Positions 37,901 through 51,622 of a stretch of 64,000 nucleotides of DNA are shown piece by piece. The translations under genes were made by a program, and so were the position numbers. This DNA is from Podarcis cretensis (Eukaryota), in the NCBI GenBank assembly GCA_951804945.1, contig OX638153.1, positions 43,834,001 to 43,898,000 on the forward strand, in the 5' to 3' direction. Under the pieces are notes generated by a model that was not told the DNA's origin, did no database searches, and saw nothing but the letters and a program-made list of their open reading frames with translations. Position 1 is the stretch's first letter, and each line of letters opens with the position of its first letter.

Positions 37901-39899
37901 GAAGGGCACAAGTCTTCCCAAAAAGACAGGCTCAAAGTGGCAGACATAATTCATATGAAATATATTGGTTATGTGTTGGTGGAATTTTTGAACAACCAAA
38001 GTAGGAACAGACCTCATACACAGTATGCCTAGGCTGGATCCATGCTGAAGTGAAATCAGGACCCTGGACAGGAGCGAGAGTACCATGGACAGTGATCTTG
38101 CCATTGAAAGCAAGGAAAACAAGTTACTGAACCTTAGCTTTGGCTTACAGCAATTGCCAGAGGTTTATTGTATGGCTTAGGATAAAGACTGAAGGTGTGC
38201 CTTCTAAGTGCTACACCTTTCTCCTCCTCCTCCTCCTCAATATGGCTCAAGGCAGCTTACTGTTAAAGGGCTAGAACCCTTTAGTTGGTAGTCAATTGCT
38301 CAGAATCCATAGACAAAGATGTGTCCTCAGGAATCTGGTGCCAGCAGATCTACTTCAGCAGGTCCCTGGGTCTGTCTCCTCTTTGGAGTTACTATTGTTT
38401 GGGAACAATGGGGCCACGAGAGTATCGCTTTGTTGTACACTTACTTGTTAATTATCGGCACATTGACAGCCACAAGAATTTGTGAAGTGATCAGAATAAA
38501 GCTACACAATTTCACACACCCAGATATTCAGGCCAATCTTACGAAACTGTGTCTCTTTTTCTAAAAGGAAAATCAGTAGCCTCAAAACATAACTTGAGGA
38601 ATTTTCATGACAGCCAAGGGCAAAACAACCACAAGAGTAAAAAAAAAAAAAAAAAGACACAGCCATTTCATCTGCATAGTGCAATGCAGTTGTGCTTTCA
38701 GAGATACACCTTCTTTATGATTTCAAACATTTCAAAAAGCATCTTCATGTTTCAGAGCAGAGATGTGTTTATATTCTGCTATTCTTTGAAATGTTAATTT
38801 GCAGGGCCTTGTTTTAAAAAGGAGTTTTAAAATGCCCTTCCTTTAGGAAGAAGTGGAGATGACGGATGCTTACCATATTATACTGCGGCAAAGGTTTTTG
38901 CAGCTGTGTGTACATATGCAGCTGGGAACTACAGCCAGCCCTGGCCCACTGATTCATGCTTAATAAGTGCAATTGCATGCATTCATTGAGTGCAAATTGC
39001 ATGTATGTAATTTTACATGTGTAAAAATGTAACATGTGAAACAGCAATAAAATAAAAGCAGTGAGACATCCTTTGGATTAAGTCTTGCAAAAACTTCCAC
39101 CAGTTGTTGAACCTTAGAAAGAATTAGTAAGTGTTCCCATTCAAGGTTCCAGCAAGCCATGCCCACTTCCAGGACACTCCAGTTCCCATCCCCTTTGGGT
39201 TCTACCTGTCTTTCAGTGGCCACTGAGCCATAGCCATGGGCTCCCCTGGGGAAGCCCTCCCAAATTACTTTGTCCTTCTGCAAACCTGAAGTTTCCTCCA
39301 AAGCTGCTGCTATCTCTGTCTTGTGCATGGATGGTGTCATGTTAGCTATATAAGGAGTGGCACTGGGAGAATTGAGTTCACTGTTAAACAATCTGGAACA
39401 AAGTAAGTGATTATGTGAAGAATGGTGATAGTTTTGGTTTGTGTTTTTTTTTTAAAAAAAAGCTCAACATACACATTGGTCAGAAAGCTTTTACAATCTC
39501 CTGCAGCAAGTGTATTGCATGAATAGAAATGTGGTGTGCAATGGGTATTATTATGCTTTTCTAATGGACTTGCAATTGCACTGAAGCGGTAGTCAGTCTG
39601 TTTAAAGGATCCATTTACGTTGAATGAATTCTAGCAACCGGAATAACATGCTACTCTTGGCTATAGCTGTGAATGCTGGCTTCCATCAATTAGCATAGTT
39701 GTGCTTCAGGTGATGAGAGCCTAGCTTAGAAAAATAACAGCCTTACTACAAAACTGGCAGGAGAGAAAGGCACTTAACTGTTTACATGCAGTAGAATGAC
39801 TATGGGTCGTTCCACTTAATAATTATAGGTTCTCCATAGGCAAAGTTACAAAGCTGGGAACTGACACTGCAAGTTTGGTCGCAGATGTTGAGACCCAGC

Positions 39900-40130
39900 A
39901 GTCATGACCTTAGGGTCAGACTCACCCTCTAAAGGGGATGAGCCTGGGGATTCAGAGCAGGACAGGGAACTGCAGTTAGGGGCAGCCCCAGATGTACCTA
40001 ACCAAACAGAAGTACTTGCACGAGAAGAACCCTTTGTGCCAGTACTTTTCCAGCCTGAGGATCTTGTGTTACATGCCTCTGACTTGGCAGAATCCAGCCC
40101 TAGCGAGACTGAAGTAGGTTGACCTCTTTT
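39900..40130 (+). mobile_element. Putative LTR 5' fragment
   Basis: Starts (a)gtcatgacc; GC- and purine-rich like the other LTR-like pieces; explains the acidic ORF 39904..40122. Confidence 0.35.
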
Positions 40131-40411
40131 AAAGGAAGAGGTAGCAATGCTGAATTTAGGCTCAGCCTGATGACTGTTGCTGAAGCAATAACTGAGCTCT
40201 GCTCTTGCCCAGGGTATCATTGAAACCTTGCCTCACCTCTGTTGCTGAGGCATTGCTCAATACAGAACAGTAGCTGGAAGTCAAAATGGAGCTCATACCA
40301 CATAGATTGAGGTAGTCTGGATCCAGGTAGGCAAGTGGGCAGAGGGAAATTTCTTTGGAAACATCCACTCCTCCAAGCTACTATGGGATGTTAAAGTGCT
40401 AGCCTCCCTAG

Positions 40412-40595
40412 AAGTACAGGAAGCTGCCTTATTCCAAATTAAGCCATTGGCCCATTTAGCTCAGAACTGTCTGCATTGACTGGCAGCACCTCTCCAGGGT
40501 TTCAGATGGGGGAATTCTCAGCCATGCCTGGAAATGCTGGGGATTCAACAGGAAACCTTCTGCATGCAAAACATACGCTCCAACACTGAACTATG
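40412..40595 (-). mobile_element. tRNA-derived SINE (Squam2/LF-SINE-like tail)
   Basis: aggaagctgccttat..ccattggcccatttagctcag tail (reverse complement) and ggggattcaac..ccttctgcatgcaaa..cactgaactat tRNA-like head. Confidence 0.65.
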
Positions 40596-42465
40596 AATGA
40601 TTCCGTGTCCCTCGCAGTTGAGTGCCAGGCTCTATAGTCTTCTTATTAGGAGGTACAAGACTACACACTGCCAGATATGTGGCTTGTTGAGGAAGTGTTA
40701 TGGTGATATGAAAGTCCGGGGAATTTGTGTGTGGTGAATGGACTGAAAAAATTCTGTCAATAAATCAGATTTTCTGCAATACAGCCTTTGATTATCTCTA
40801 AGCATCTTATTGGTTACATTTTTTTGTGTGTGTAAAGGTTATTTACCAGTAAGCTATTAAAAAAGCAGTAAGCTATAAACATAGAATTATATTGAGAGAA
40901 AGAGAATACATATGCTTGGTATGTATTCTTTTACTTTTATCCTAGTGGATGATTGGAAAGAGTTCTTTTGACTTCTGTTGTTGCATTCAGAAAAAAAGAG
41001 TATGTTGGCTTTCCCCCATTAATTAAGTGCAGAGGTTTTGATTGTTCCAAGTTGTGCACCTGCCTTCAAGCAGCTGTGGATATTGCTCATCCACACATTC
41101 ATTTTGTAATGTCCACAGCCACTCTTGCATGAATGGACCCTAGAATGCATAGCAACCCAGGAAAATGCCATATGCTGCTACATCTAGATCAGAATTATCT
41201 GCAGTGAGTGGCAGCAACTCTCCAGGGTTTCAGGCTCTACCAGGAGATGCCAGGAATTAAATCAGGGACCTTTTGCATGCAGAGCAGGTGGTTTACTGCT
41301 AAGCTGTGACCCTTTGCCTAATTGTGGGTTGTTTCTCTCCATTATGGTGCTAATCGTTTGTGGGAGACATAAGTTGGGTCCATAAATAAAAACATTTGCA
41401 AATAACAAGTACCTTGCAAATTTACAACAAATATTTCAGTTTGCTAACTCCCACCTCCCACAGCCAACAAATAAAATATAATCTCACTTTTCAAGTGAGA
41501 ACACGGATCAGGATTTTTATTATTCACTCCTGCTCTTCTTTCATAACTAATAGCACAAACATTGAGCTAGGAAGTTTCCCTTTCATTTCCCCCTACAATC
41601 TATTTTCTTCTTCTATTGGCCTCCCTCTGGAGTAGCTATTGCTAAGTGTGAATAATACTTCTCCCTCTTGGGTTATATTTGTTGCCATCTAAGGTTCAAA
41701 AGTGGTTTCTCTCCAATGCCTATTTAAAGTTTTTCCAACATAATGCCCTCAAGTGTGCCAGGACATACTTTCGAGAGACACCAAATGTTAAAAGGCCTTT
41801 TAAAATCCACCGCAAAGCCCTCATTTATCTCCAGAAGGTCAGTGAAGTTATTTATGAGAAATTTGACCTTTGGAGCTCCTATTTACATTTTGCTAACATT
41901 CCCCTCTGGACACATATATCAATGGCAGAGAAAATGACAGCACACAAACCACTCCTTAGTAATAAACTACATGGCAAATTTAATAAATAACTGCTGTAAA
42001 ACGTCAGTGGAAGGAAGCAGGATCCATGCTGGCTTCATAGTAACATCACCGCATGCTGTTTTTGAATGCTTGTCCTATTGGCAAAGTACTTGCTAGTTGT
42101 TGTTTTTTAAAGTACTCCATTAATTTCACATAGCTATTCACTTCCAAGCAAGCTGTGTGCATCACCCTTCTGAACACATACATGCAAAAAGGGTCCAGGA
42201 ATAAAACCTTGCACCCAGCTCCTGGGTGTTCATGGTATTCTACAACGGGGTGGGCAGAGAAAACAAAGCAGATACCACAATCTTGAAACATGTCCATTCC
42301 AGTTAGAGAACTGTGAGTAGCACCAGCCAAATTAGGTTTAGCATTGTAATCTCAAGCAACATCTTTATTTAGGGGTGGGGACAGAATCCAAGCACTCCTT
42401 ACCAATCTTCTTCCCCCTCAGTGATCAGAGGTGTCAAGTGATGACAGTGCTGATCATAGCAGTTG

Positions 42466-42504
<39 letters not shown>

Positions 42505-42510
42505 TATTAT
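42466..42510. repeat. (ATT)n microsatellite
   Basis: Directly visible. Confidence 0.95.
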
Positions 42511-42556
42511 TCCAGTGGGGAGATCATCATGTGCAATGCACAGAATGATCTGTGGG

Positions 42557-42836
42557 TAATATATTAATAATATAATAAATTTTTATTTATACCCCACCTT
42601 TCCCGGCCAGAGCCGGGCTCAGGGCAGCTAACACCAGTAAAATTTCAAGTGAGCCCTGCGGAAAGATGTCAAGTCCCGCAGGGCCCTAGTCTCTTGTGAC
42701 AGAGCGTTCCACCAAGTTGGGGCCAGTACTGAAAAGGCCCTGGCCCTAGTTGAGACTAATCTAACCACCTTGTGACTTGGGACCTCCAAGGTGTTGTCAT
42801 TTGTGGACCTTAAGGTCCTCCGTGGGGCATACCAGG
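42557..42836 (-). mobile_element. L2 3' fragment
   Basis: ORF 42628..42867 contains the L2 ORF2 C-terminus YAPRRTLRS..LEVP..RAFSVLAPTWWNAL..LTSFRR, plus the 3' tail. Confidence 0.85.
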
Positions 42837-45049
42837 CAAAACGATGCAGTTGGTGCTCTTTTGACATTCCCCAGCTCGTATCTACCTGATGTTATAAAAT
42901 GTGACATCATACCAGCGCTGAGGGGAAATGTGAGGGTATAATGGAACTTGAGTTTTCAGCATGATCCTAAGACCAATTGCCCCAGCAAAATGTGAAGAAT
43001 GTCACAGCAAATTTATTGTCAAAGCCATATGTCATACCAAAAGAATTGCAATGTCATAAAACAAGATGCAGTGCAGGTGTCACCAGTCTGTTTTTCTTAC
43101 CTTAGAATGCAGGTAGACCGCCAAGATGTTTAGGACTGCGGATGCCAGGCTGTTTTTTAAAAAAAGATTTTACAACTGAAAACTGTTAAAACTTAGCACT
43201 CTTAAAAAAATTTATATACTGTTAACATTAATAGAAAAATAAATACTCAGCATTAGCTGATCATAAATAATCTGCAGTGACTTTTTCCTAATACTTTCAT
43301 TTGAGGTGCTCGTAATGTCAAACTACTGAAAATTCTGAATTAAGCTAGTTTAGAAATGCATTCTGAAGCTTTCAAACAGAACCCAGAAACATTACAAAAT
43401 GGTTACACTTCTATATTTGCAAGGTTTGATTAAATGCAGCAATGCATGCAAAAGTGCCTGAGAATGGTTTTGGTTGCCCATTAATTTCCACTCATTGTTT
43501 TTCAGTCCCGTGGTTTTGTCTAAGTGTTTTTAAGTTAGAACAGATCTGGTTGCTCAGTTTTGCTAAGTTCTACACCACTGCTAGCATGATCTGTCATTGT
43601 TTGCCAAAATGACGGGAATGGAAAACTTAAATTAAATTGTGATTACAGCGCTCAGTACATAACTGAGAATAGTCATCAAGAAGAAGAATTGCTTTGAAAC
43701 CAGAGTAATACCCAGGGTGGGAGCCCTGCTGACAGAACAAATATATTCATTAGCCAAAAGATGGTGAACCAAGGGAGCCAGATAAACTTATTTAGCTGAA
43801 AAAGGCGTGTGTCAAATACCCTCCAGCTAACTTCAGTGCGTCAACAAGACCCTTTGTCTCCTGTAACAACCAGGCTTTGATATCCACTCTACAGACCCAG
43901 TAGAGCTTGGAGCTGGTTCCAGCGTGGCACAGCTGTATGCTACAGAGCAGACTGGCTAACTTTTCTATTAGCCAGCAGCTGGATTAGCAAAGGCAAATCA
44001 TGAACCCAGAAGGCTGGGGTGGGGAGAAATTTAGCCAAATGCCTCACCATGCTGTCCAAAATGTGCTTGGCAACCAGCCAGCCACTGCTGAAGCAGCAGT
44101 ATCAATTTCTGCTCTGTTCTGTTTCTCAGGCAATGCAGCTGTAAGCTTAATCCAGTTCTGGCCAGGTTGGCCAGCAATTCCCAGTCTAGTAATTCTCTTA
44201 GATTGGGTGCATTACGTTCATTCTTTAATTTCACCCAAATTTGGACACACCACCACCTGTTCTTGGTCTAAGTTGGAGTCTAGACACAACAGCTGAAGAG
44301 GGATGACCTTCTCCCATGTGTGACTGGCAGCATGTCACCAAGCCACACCACAGATCAAGCCCCAGTACAGCCACAGTTAGGTGAGTCAGCTGCTTATGAG
44401 GGACAGCAGATTTGAAGGGGAACCTGGTCTGCTCCCAGGGCATCAATTAGAAGACCATGTGTGGCTTCACTCATCAACATCTGGGCCTATTAAGGTGAAG
44501 ACCATTCACTTGGGCCAGAAGCATCACAAAGCACATAGTGTTTGTCATGCTGATCAAAATGGTGTACAGGGCCAACTCACTTTTGCCCTTCTTTGGCATT
44601 TCCCCCCAATGGTTGCTTTACACTGCATACTGCTTGCCAATTAACATTCACGCTCAATGGGTACAAGATGACCACTAGCAGCACTTTCCCCAAAACATTA
44701 ATCTAATTAAATATAACTTCATGCATAAAACAGACTTTTTTGCACTTCTAATTGTCACTTTGTATGGGTCTTGGGGAAAGTGATGTATGTGACTATCTCA
44801 TGCATATTGAGGATGGAGGTTAATCTGTGAACAGCAAATCATTTGCCTGGAATGTAATTTCGCTTCCTGGCAACATATCAACATAGGTCCAATTCTAATT
44901 TTGAATAGCTTTGGTAATAACATTTATTACATACTAATTGTAGATTTATTTACTATTCATTTTGAACTGCTTGGTTTCTAATCATTTGTTTATTAATTAC
45001 TTACCCTGTCAGGTTTGCAATTAAACAAGTGCTGCTAATGAACATTATT

Positions 45050-47550
45050 CTGAAATCAACATGTCACCTGCAGCAAATAAAACCAAGGTTTTTGATCATA
45101 GAACCACCATGCAGGGATAATAGCATCCCAGTTTTGTGTGGACAAAGCATAGGATTTGTAAGAGTAAGAGAACAGAAAACATCCAGCTATATAGGAAAAG
45201 TGTGATTCTGACTGATGGTGCTGGTTATACATATGTTTCTCAGCATATACTGCAGCTCCAAAGTTTGGTACTTTGCTGTTTCCTGGTCTAGAAATTGAAG
45301 GAAATGCAGCATCCCATTCAGCATTCTGATATAAATCATGCAAGGATATCATTGGCAGTACTGACATGACACAATATCACGGACAGTATGGGCTACCAAC
45401 ATCACCAAGCCTTGTAGATGCTATAAGATCATTGGACTCTACTGCAAATGGACAAATCCAACTTCAGTGTATTTATTGTGCTAGATGTAAAAAAAGTTCT
45501 ACTGACAAAAGCATCAACCTTAACTACTGAGTGATAAACATTGTGAGAGAGTTCAGAGACACCAAAGTCTCACAAAACTGCCATTAGATAGCAATTCATT
45601 TGCAGTTGGTGCAGGTTATTCTCTCAAGTGGTCTTACAAAGTTATACAGGTATGCAACTCCAAGGCCAAACTTTCAGAAAAAGGAACATAATGATAGCAC
45701 ATTATGTGGTATTGCTCTATTTGTATAGATAGCATGAAAGATCTGTTTCCAAGTTGTCCAATCTTAGTATATACATAGCTCAATTAAAAACTAGGTGCCA
45801 ACATGTTGAGTCCTGTGATTGAAATATCTACGATTTTTGATATCTCTGAACGTCCTGGTCCAACCTTTGTGGATTATGCCAGTCACCACAAGCAGAATGG
45901 ACTCATTGCACAAAATTGTCTCACTGGTGTGAAGAGGGTAATGCCTTTGTTTGAAGAGCTGCACAAACCTTTTCTAGAAGACATTGAAGAATCATAGAAT
46001 CATAGAATCATAGAGTTGGAAGAGACCACAAGGGCCATCGAGTCCAACCCCCTGCCAAGCAAGAAACACCATCAGAGCACTCCTGACATATGGTTGTCAA
46101 GCCTCTGCTTAAAGACCTCCAAAGAAGGAGACTCCACCACACTCCTTGGCAGCAAATTCCACTGTCGAACAGCTCTTACTGTCAGGAAGTTCTTCCTAAT
46201 GTTTAGGTGGAATCTTCTTTCTTGTAGTTTGGAACCATTGCTCCGTGTCCGCTTCTCTGGAGCAGCAGAAAACAACCTTTCTCCCTCCTCTATGTGACAT
46301 CCTTTTATATATTTGAACATGACTATCATATCACCCCTTAACCTCCTCTTCTCCAGGCTAAACATGCCCAGCTCCCTTAGCTCTTCAGGGTGGCAACAGT
46401 ACAAAGACATTCAACAATGTGCAGGATATTGAATGAGCACAGTTCAGGAAGCTTTGGCAACGCAAGACTTATACACTGAGTGAAATTACTGATACATTCT
46501 CAAATAACTATTTGCTGCAGTTTGGAAAGAGTGCTGTGTCCAAACAGAAGAGAGTACTGCTGTGAGAGTTCTGAAGTGAAAACTGTCCATTACTTGCTGG
46601 TCACACTCAGATTGCAAATATTTATTCACACATGGCAGCCAAGCTGTTGGAGAAATCAGGTATGGAACAAAGCAGCAGTTTTTGCAGAAACATCTAATAA
46701 CCATCCCAGTGTCAATGCATTGGTAACTGGTGATTTGACTTCATGAATATGCTCAGCACTGGTGTTTCTCAGACCTTTCTGGTCTGACTTGGTGGCTGTT
46801 GTTTTTTAACCACATATATAAAATCAGGCTTTGACTTTCAAACAAACCAGGTGCTGTACAGTGCATGGACCACAAAGACAGCCTGCAAATAACTGTGTGA
46901 AAGAGGAGGCACAGGTGTGAAACATAGATCAGCTGCTGCCAATCTACTGACATCACCTCTAAAAATTGATGAAACCAAGAGTGATCTATTCATGTTTATT
47001 GCAGAGGTTATATCAAAAGATAGCTGCAACAAACTTCTGACCAGCACATGTGGAGAGCATATTATTAACTAGTTATTTCCAATGTCAAGTCTTTCTGACA
47101 CTAGTAATGTTGCTCCTCTCAACCAGGAAGAGGCAGATTCTAAAATTATACTCAGCATTTGAGATTACACTCAGTTTCCTTCAGAATACTGATCAGGACT
47201 GTTGATTCTAATACTCTAGCCCTTGCCATTTCATTTTTCTGCTTATTCCCTTGGAAGCTGGAAGAACTTCACATACCCGATACAGGGAAGACAAATATCT
47301 TGCAAGCCTTTTATACATTTGCTGGTGAAATACTCTGCTGTTATCACCTGAAAAGGAAAATCAAAGAATGGGCAATCTGGTGAGATTTCAGATGTAGCAG
47401 GGAGTTCTATTGTTTAGGCAACTTCAAACAGCATACTGTGCTTATGTATGACTGCAGCAGTGAATGAATATTAGTTAATTAAGAAACAGAAGTGTCCTTT
47501 TCAAGTGGACACATTCCACTTACTTGAGATAGCATATAATGCATGTCATT
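45050..47550 (+). mobile_element. Fossil Academ-like DNA transposon (transposase/XPG-like domain remnant)
   Basis: Collinear degenerate motifs: LFEELHKPFLED (~45945), KIDETKSDLFMFIAE (~46962), APLNQEEADSKIIL (47112-47153), RILIRTVDSNTLALAI and LQAFYTFAG (ORF 47159..47383), VLMYD and IPLT. These match HEEADTRI / IRTVDTDV / FHAFTGCD / IPPT. Boundaries are approximate. Confidence 0.6.
45988..46380 (-). mobile_element. Young CR1 3' fragment inserted in the Academ-like fossil
   Basis: ORF 46072..46410 (LGMFSLEKRRLRGDMI..RTRSNG..WNLLP..FKQRLD) and (ATTCTATG)n tail at ~45988-46013. Confidence 0.95.
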
Positions 47551-47653
47551 TATTATTATCAATAAAGGGTTGTATTTGGCTAAGTTTTACTCAGAGTAAG
47601 TAGTGAATATAACTAAATCACATGCTTTAATTTCAGTGGGTCTCCTCTGAGTT

Positions 47654-50600
47654 AAAAGTACCATTGTACCTACTTGAAAGGTAGATTTGCTTGTCCAGTG
47701 CAGCATCCCTAGGTTGGGCTTACATGCGCGTCTAGTGGACGAAAGCAGGAATAGGTATATTCAGGAAACAGGCTGCCCCCTCCTCAGTTTTGCATATTTG
47801 CCAAGCTTGAACCGTCTGGAACTCAGAATAGTGTTAACCTATTTCCTACAACAAGTAAAGACCATAGAGCCAGTGGGGCAAACAGAAGTGGAATTAGTGT
47901 TGCAGACCAAGAAAGGTGTGGTCCCAGTGATGTTGGGAGGTGAAGCAGACAGGGATGGTGGGATGAACTGAGGTTTGGGATGACTTATGAACCCTATGCA
48001 ATACCTGTGGGGGATGCTAAACCGAAGCCATTGGTCTTCGTAGAGTATGACCAAATCTCTGTGAATGCTTGCAGAGGTTCCTCCATCCAACTACTGGTGG
48101 CGTCGCTAGCAATTTCTAGAGTTCTTTGTGGGCAGGGCAGGTTGGAGGAATTGAATTTGTTTCCCTGCTGCCCCTTGAGGGAGAAACTCAGTTTATTCCA
48201 ACCTTGTTTAGGTTTGCAGTCTCTTGGTCCACCTTCCTATCTGTAGGAACGAAAGGACTGGTTCATCTGGTATGGAGTGCAGCACTTGAAGTAGCAGCGT
48301 TCCTCTCAATTGGGTGACAAGCACTTTCCATTTGTCTTTAGATTCTAAGAGGATATCTTTGAGTGCCTCTTCTCCAAAGAGATTTGAGCCTTGGAGTGAC
48401 GCTGTGGAAAAGTTTGTTTTTGATCCAGTGTCAGCTTCCCACTTTTTCCATTCATAAGGTTTTAATTCATATGGAACATGCTGCAAATTGAGAAGCATAC
48501 ATGGTGGCATCAGCTATAAAGGATGCTGCTTAAGTAAGGTTTCGCAAGCGCTTGGAGGATTCTGTTCTGGTTTTGTAAGGAGATATTTCATCCAGGCATG
48601 GAATGCTCTAGCAAACATTGACACTTCAGATGATGAGAGAGGGCTGCTGCTTTGTGAACACGCCTGAAGGTGAAATCCAGGCTCCTATCAGTGTGGTATC
48701 TTTAACTGTGCTTCTCCATCCTTTGGTAAAAGATCTTTTGAGGAAAGTGAGTAGACTGATTTGCCCACTAATGGGAACTTCAGGAGGTCCATGAATTCTG
48801 TATCCATCATGTACTGTAATGTTTATTAGCAAGCTGTACAGACTTTCTAAACGGCATAGCAGTGTTCCACTTTGCTTTAGTAACTTTCTTGATAACTGCA
48901 GGAGTGGGAACAAATCTAGGAGTTGGCTGGGGGTCTGCTGAAGAAATAGTGTCAGCAGTTTGCTCTGTTGACTTGGGAGCCAATCCCAGAGTAGCTAGGG
49001 TGCAGCATAGCAATGACATAGAGTGTCATGGAACATCCTGTCCAGTGGGGGTTCTTTGATTACTGATCCCTCACTCCATTCATCACCAGCTTGCTCTGCC
49101 AAGGCAAACAAGTCAAGCCCCGAGGATTGGGAGGTTTGAGTATGAATGGAGTCATTCCCATAGTGATGGATGGGAAAGGTGCTAGGTGAAGATGGAGCTG
49201 TAGATTCTCCAGATAATGCTTGCTGCTGGCTGTGATTCTGAATTTTTGCAGATTTAGCAGCTCTGCATGTGGAAGCAGATTGGGGCTGTGAGGGCTGCTG
49301 CTGCTTTGGAGTAATGATGCTCACCTGCCTTGATAAGGATCCTATTAATGTTTCTTTAATTTACCATAAAATATACTTAGATAATTGGAAGGACTGAGCT
49401 GGGGGAAGAGGAGGGAGATCCCTGTTCCTTGGGTGAGTTGTAGAAGGACAAAAGGGATGATCCTCAAAACACAAGAACTCATCTTCCCCAGAGGGTGGAG
49501 GAGATCTAAAGGCCTGTGCTACAAATGAGCTGGGCTAGCCTCCTCTAGAAAACTGGGCTGAGCAGGCAGTGGCTGGGAATCAGCAGGGGGAGCAAGGTCA
49601 GATGGTCTTACCTTGTCTCTACAGTGATGGGCCTGTGTCCTCTTCCAACCGAGACTGCAGCTTCACTGCCTTAGCAGTAGGCCTCTGGAGATGCTTGGTA
49701 CTACATAAGTCCTTAAGGGGTTTCTGAGTCTCAACATTGCTCATCAGAGCCTGATGTGTGCCCAAGAAGGGCATCTCACCCTATAAGGGAGGGCAGAGAC
49801 TTAGGAGGGATAAAGGGATGCCACATGCAACCACTGTGAGGAAGCAGTGGGTCCAAAGATCTGGCCTGGCCTGCTCATGAGCATTGGGCCTGACTAGGTC
49901 TTGGTGGGAATTCCAAAATATTGCAGTTGGATGAGTGAGGGGAGATCAGCCCATACCTCTTAGAAGTCCAGAATCAGAGACAGAAGCAGGAGAGGAGGGA
50001 GGTAAAGATTGGTCAGGGTTGTGAAGAGGCATGGGTGTTTCCCTCCTGTTGCTGCAAGATCCCCTTCTGCTGGTCTCCCAGAACCAAGAGAGGAATAAAG
50101 TGGGAAGAGCAAAGACACATGCAGGTGCAGTCTCTGATTGTTTGGGGGGAAACCCTGGAGAGGAGGCTACAGCCAGCTGTAGGGAGGTAGGGATCTTTAG
50201 TCTTGGCAACTGCTTCATGTGGGCCAAGACCTGAGTTGCTGTACTCATTAGACCTGACACTCCTGTATGGATCCTGTTTTGCTATTAAAGAGTTAACTCA
50301 AGCTTTCTCTGTGTGATTTACTGCTGGCTTGCTTCTGTCATTAGGATTGTTGTAACTTGTTTCAGCACTTCTCTCTGCCACTCTCCCTGGTCACCAAGCC
50401 CTGTTACCTCTTCAGCTTTTGACACCTCCTCCTCCCAGTCTTCTCCCTCATCTCTCTCTGACCACTCATCATTGTCCCACCTCCAGTCCCTGGGCTCTGA
50501 GACTTCTTCCCTTGGGCAGTGCCCCAGCTACTTCCTCCTACCATTCCCATGTCCAACCAGTCCCTGACACCTAAAGCCAAAACTGAGCCTCCACAAAAGT

Positions 50601-51058
50601 AAATGGAGGATTACAAAATGGTAGAGCTGCAAAGGTCCAAGTTCCAGGGTGGAGAGTGATCACCACCACTGCTTCAATTGGTCGGTGAGGAGCTTCCGGT
50701 GTCCCAGCCTGCTGTGGATCACTGCTAAAAATATCCACTGCTGCAGCGATCAAGAGGTTAAATTGGAAAAATGGTAGCCACTTGTGTCTCCCTCTCCGAA
50801 GCCAGACGGTAGAGAAGGGAAAGAAGAAAGATCTAAAATCTATTTTTTGTTCTGTTTTTTAGAGACAGAAGATAAGAATTAACAAGGGAATGGAAAAAAA
50901 TGAGAGAGAAAAGAATAGATACTAAGCCAATATGAAGAAGTGAAGCAAAAAACTGAAGAGGGGCCAGCCCAGCCTATTTCCTGAAAATCCTACTCCTGCC
51001 TTTGTCCACTAGAGGCACAAGTAAGCCCAACCCAATGCTGCTACACTGGTAAGTGAAA
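47654..51058 (-). mobile_element. DIRS1-like tyrosine-recombinase retrotransposon, decayed and internally deleted
   Basis: Inverted terminal repeats at ~47693-47793 and ~50945-51050. Gag-like motifs LLPKDGEAQLKD (~48700-48740) and WEADTGSK..GSNLFGEEALKDIL..KD (ORF 48208..48510). RT N-terminal-like DQWL..RYCIGF..P..F.P (ORF 47839..48090). Confidence 0.75.
49922..50569. mobile_element. LTR-like insertions within the DIRS element
   Basis: ~49922-50350 has an LTR-like U5 (attaaagagttaact...gtgtgatttactg). 50350-50569 is an opposite-strand piece beginning TGTCAGGGACTGG. Confidence 0.5.
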
Positions 51059-51407
51059 TCTTAGTTGAATGCCACCTATTCTTAATAATGGTAATAATAT
51101 TAACAGATATACTGTTTAATGCCAAAATAAGCTTCCAGGTGGTTTACAAAGCATAAAAACTGATTACACATACATTTAAATATAAATATCCATAATTAAA
51201 ATACACAGTAAAGCAATCCCATTAACATAACACAGGAGACACAAGTCAAGGGAATTCAAGAGTGCATTACACAACACTGGTGCTATTAGTAAAAATAAAA
51301 CTCTGGGTCTGCACAAAGTGATGAATCATTAGGCCATCACAACACTAACCAGGTTCCGTTTCTAGGTTGCTCATATTTGGGGGGAAATCACTGAAGGAAC
51401 CAAAATA

Positions 51408-51622
51408 TAAGAGCAGCTCTTTAGGATAAGACCAGAGGCATATCTAGCTCAGCAACCTGTTACTCGGCGTGGTTGATTTGATGCCTGTAGGGAGTCCAAA
51501 AGCAGGACATGAGCAATAGCCAGTTCCCAGCAACTGGTATTCAGGGACACACTGCTCCTGTTCCTGAAGTTGGCATTAAGTCATAATGACAAGTAGCCAC
51601 TGATAGCCCTATCCATCAAGAA
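51408..51622 (-). mobile_element. Ancient CR1 3'UTR fragment
   Basis: aagagcagc..ggataagacc..atctagctcagca...cagcaactggtattcag...tagccactgatagccctatcc pattern. Confidence 0.5.
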
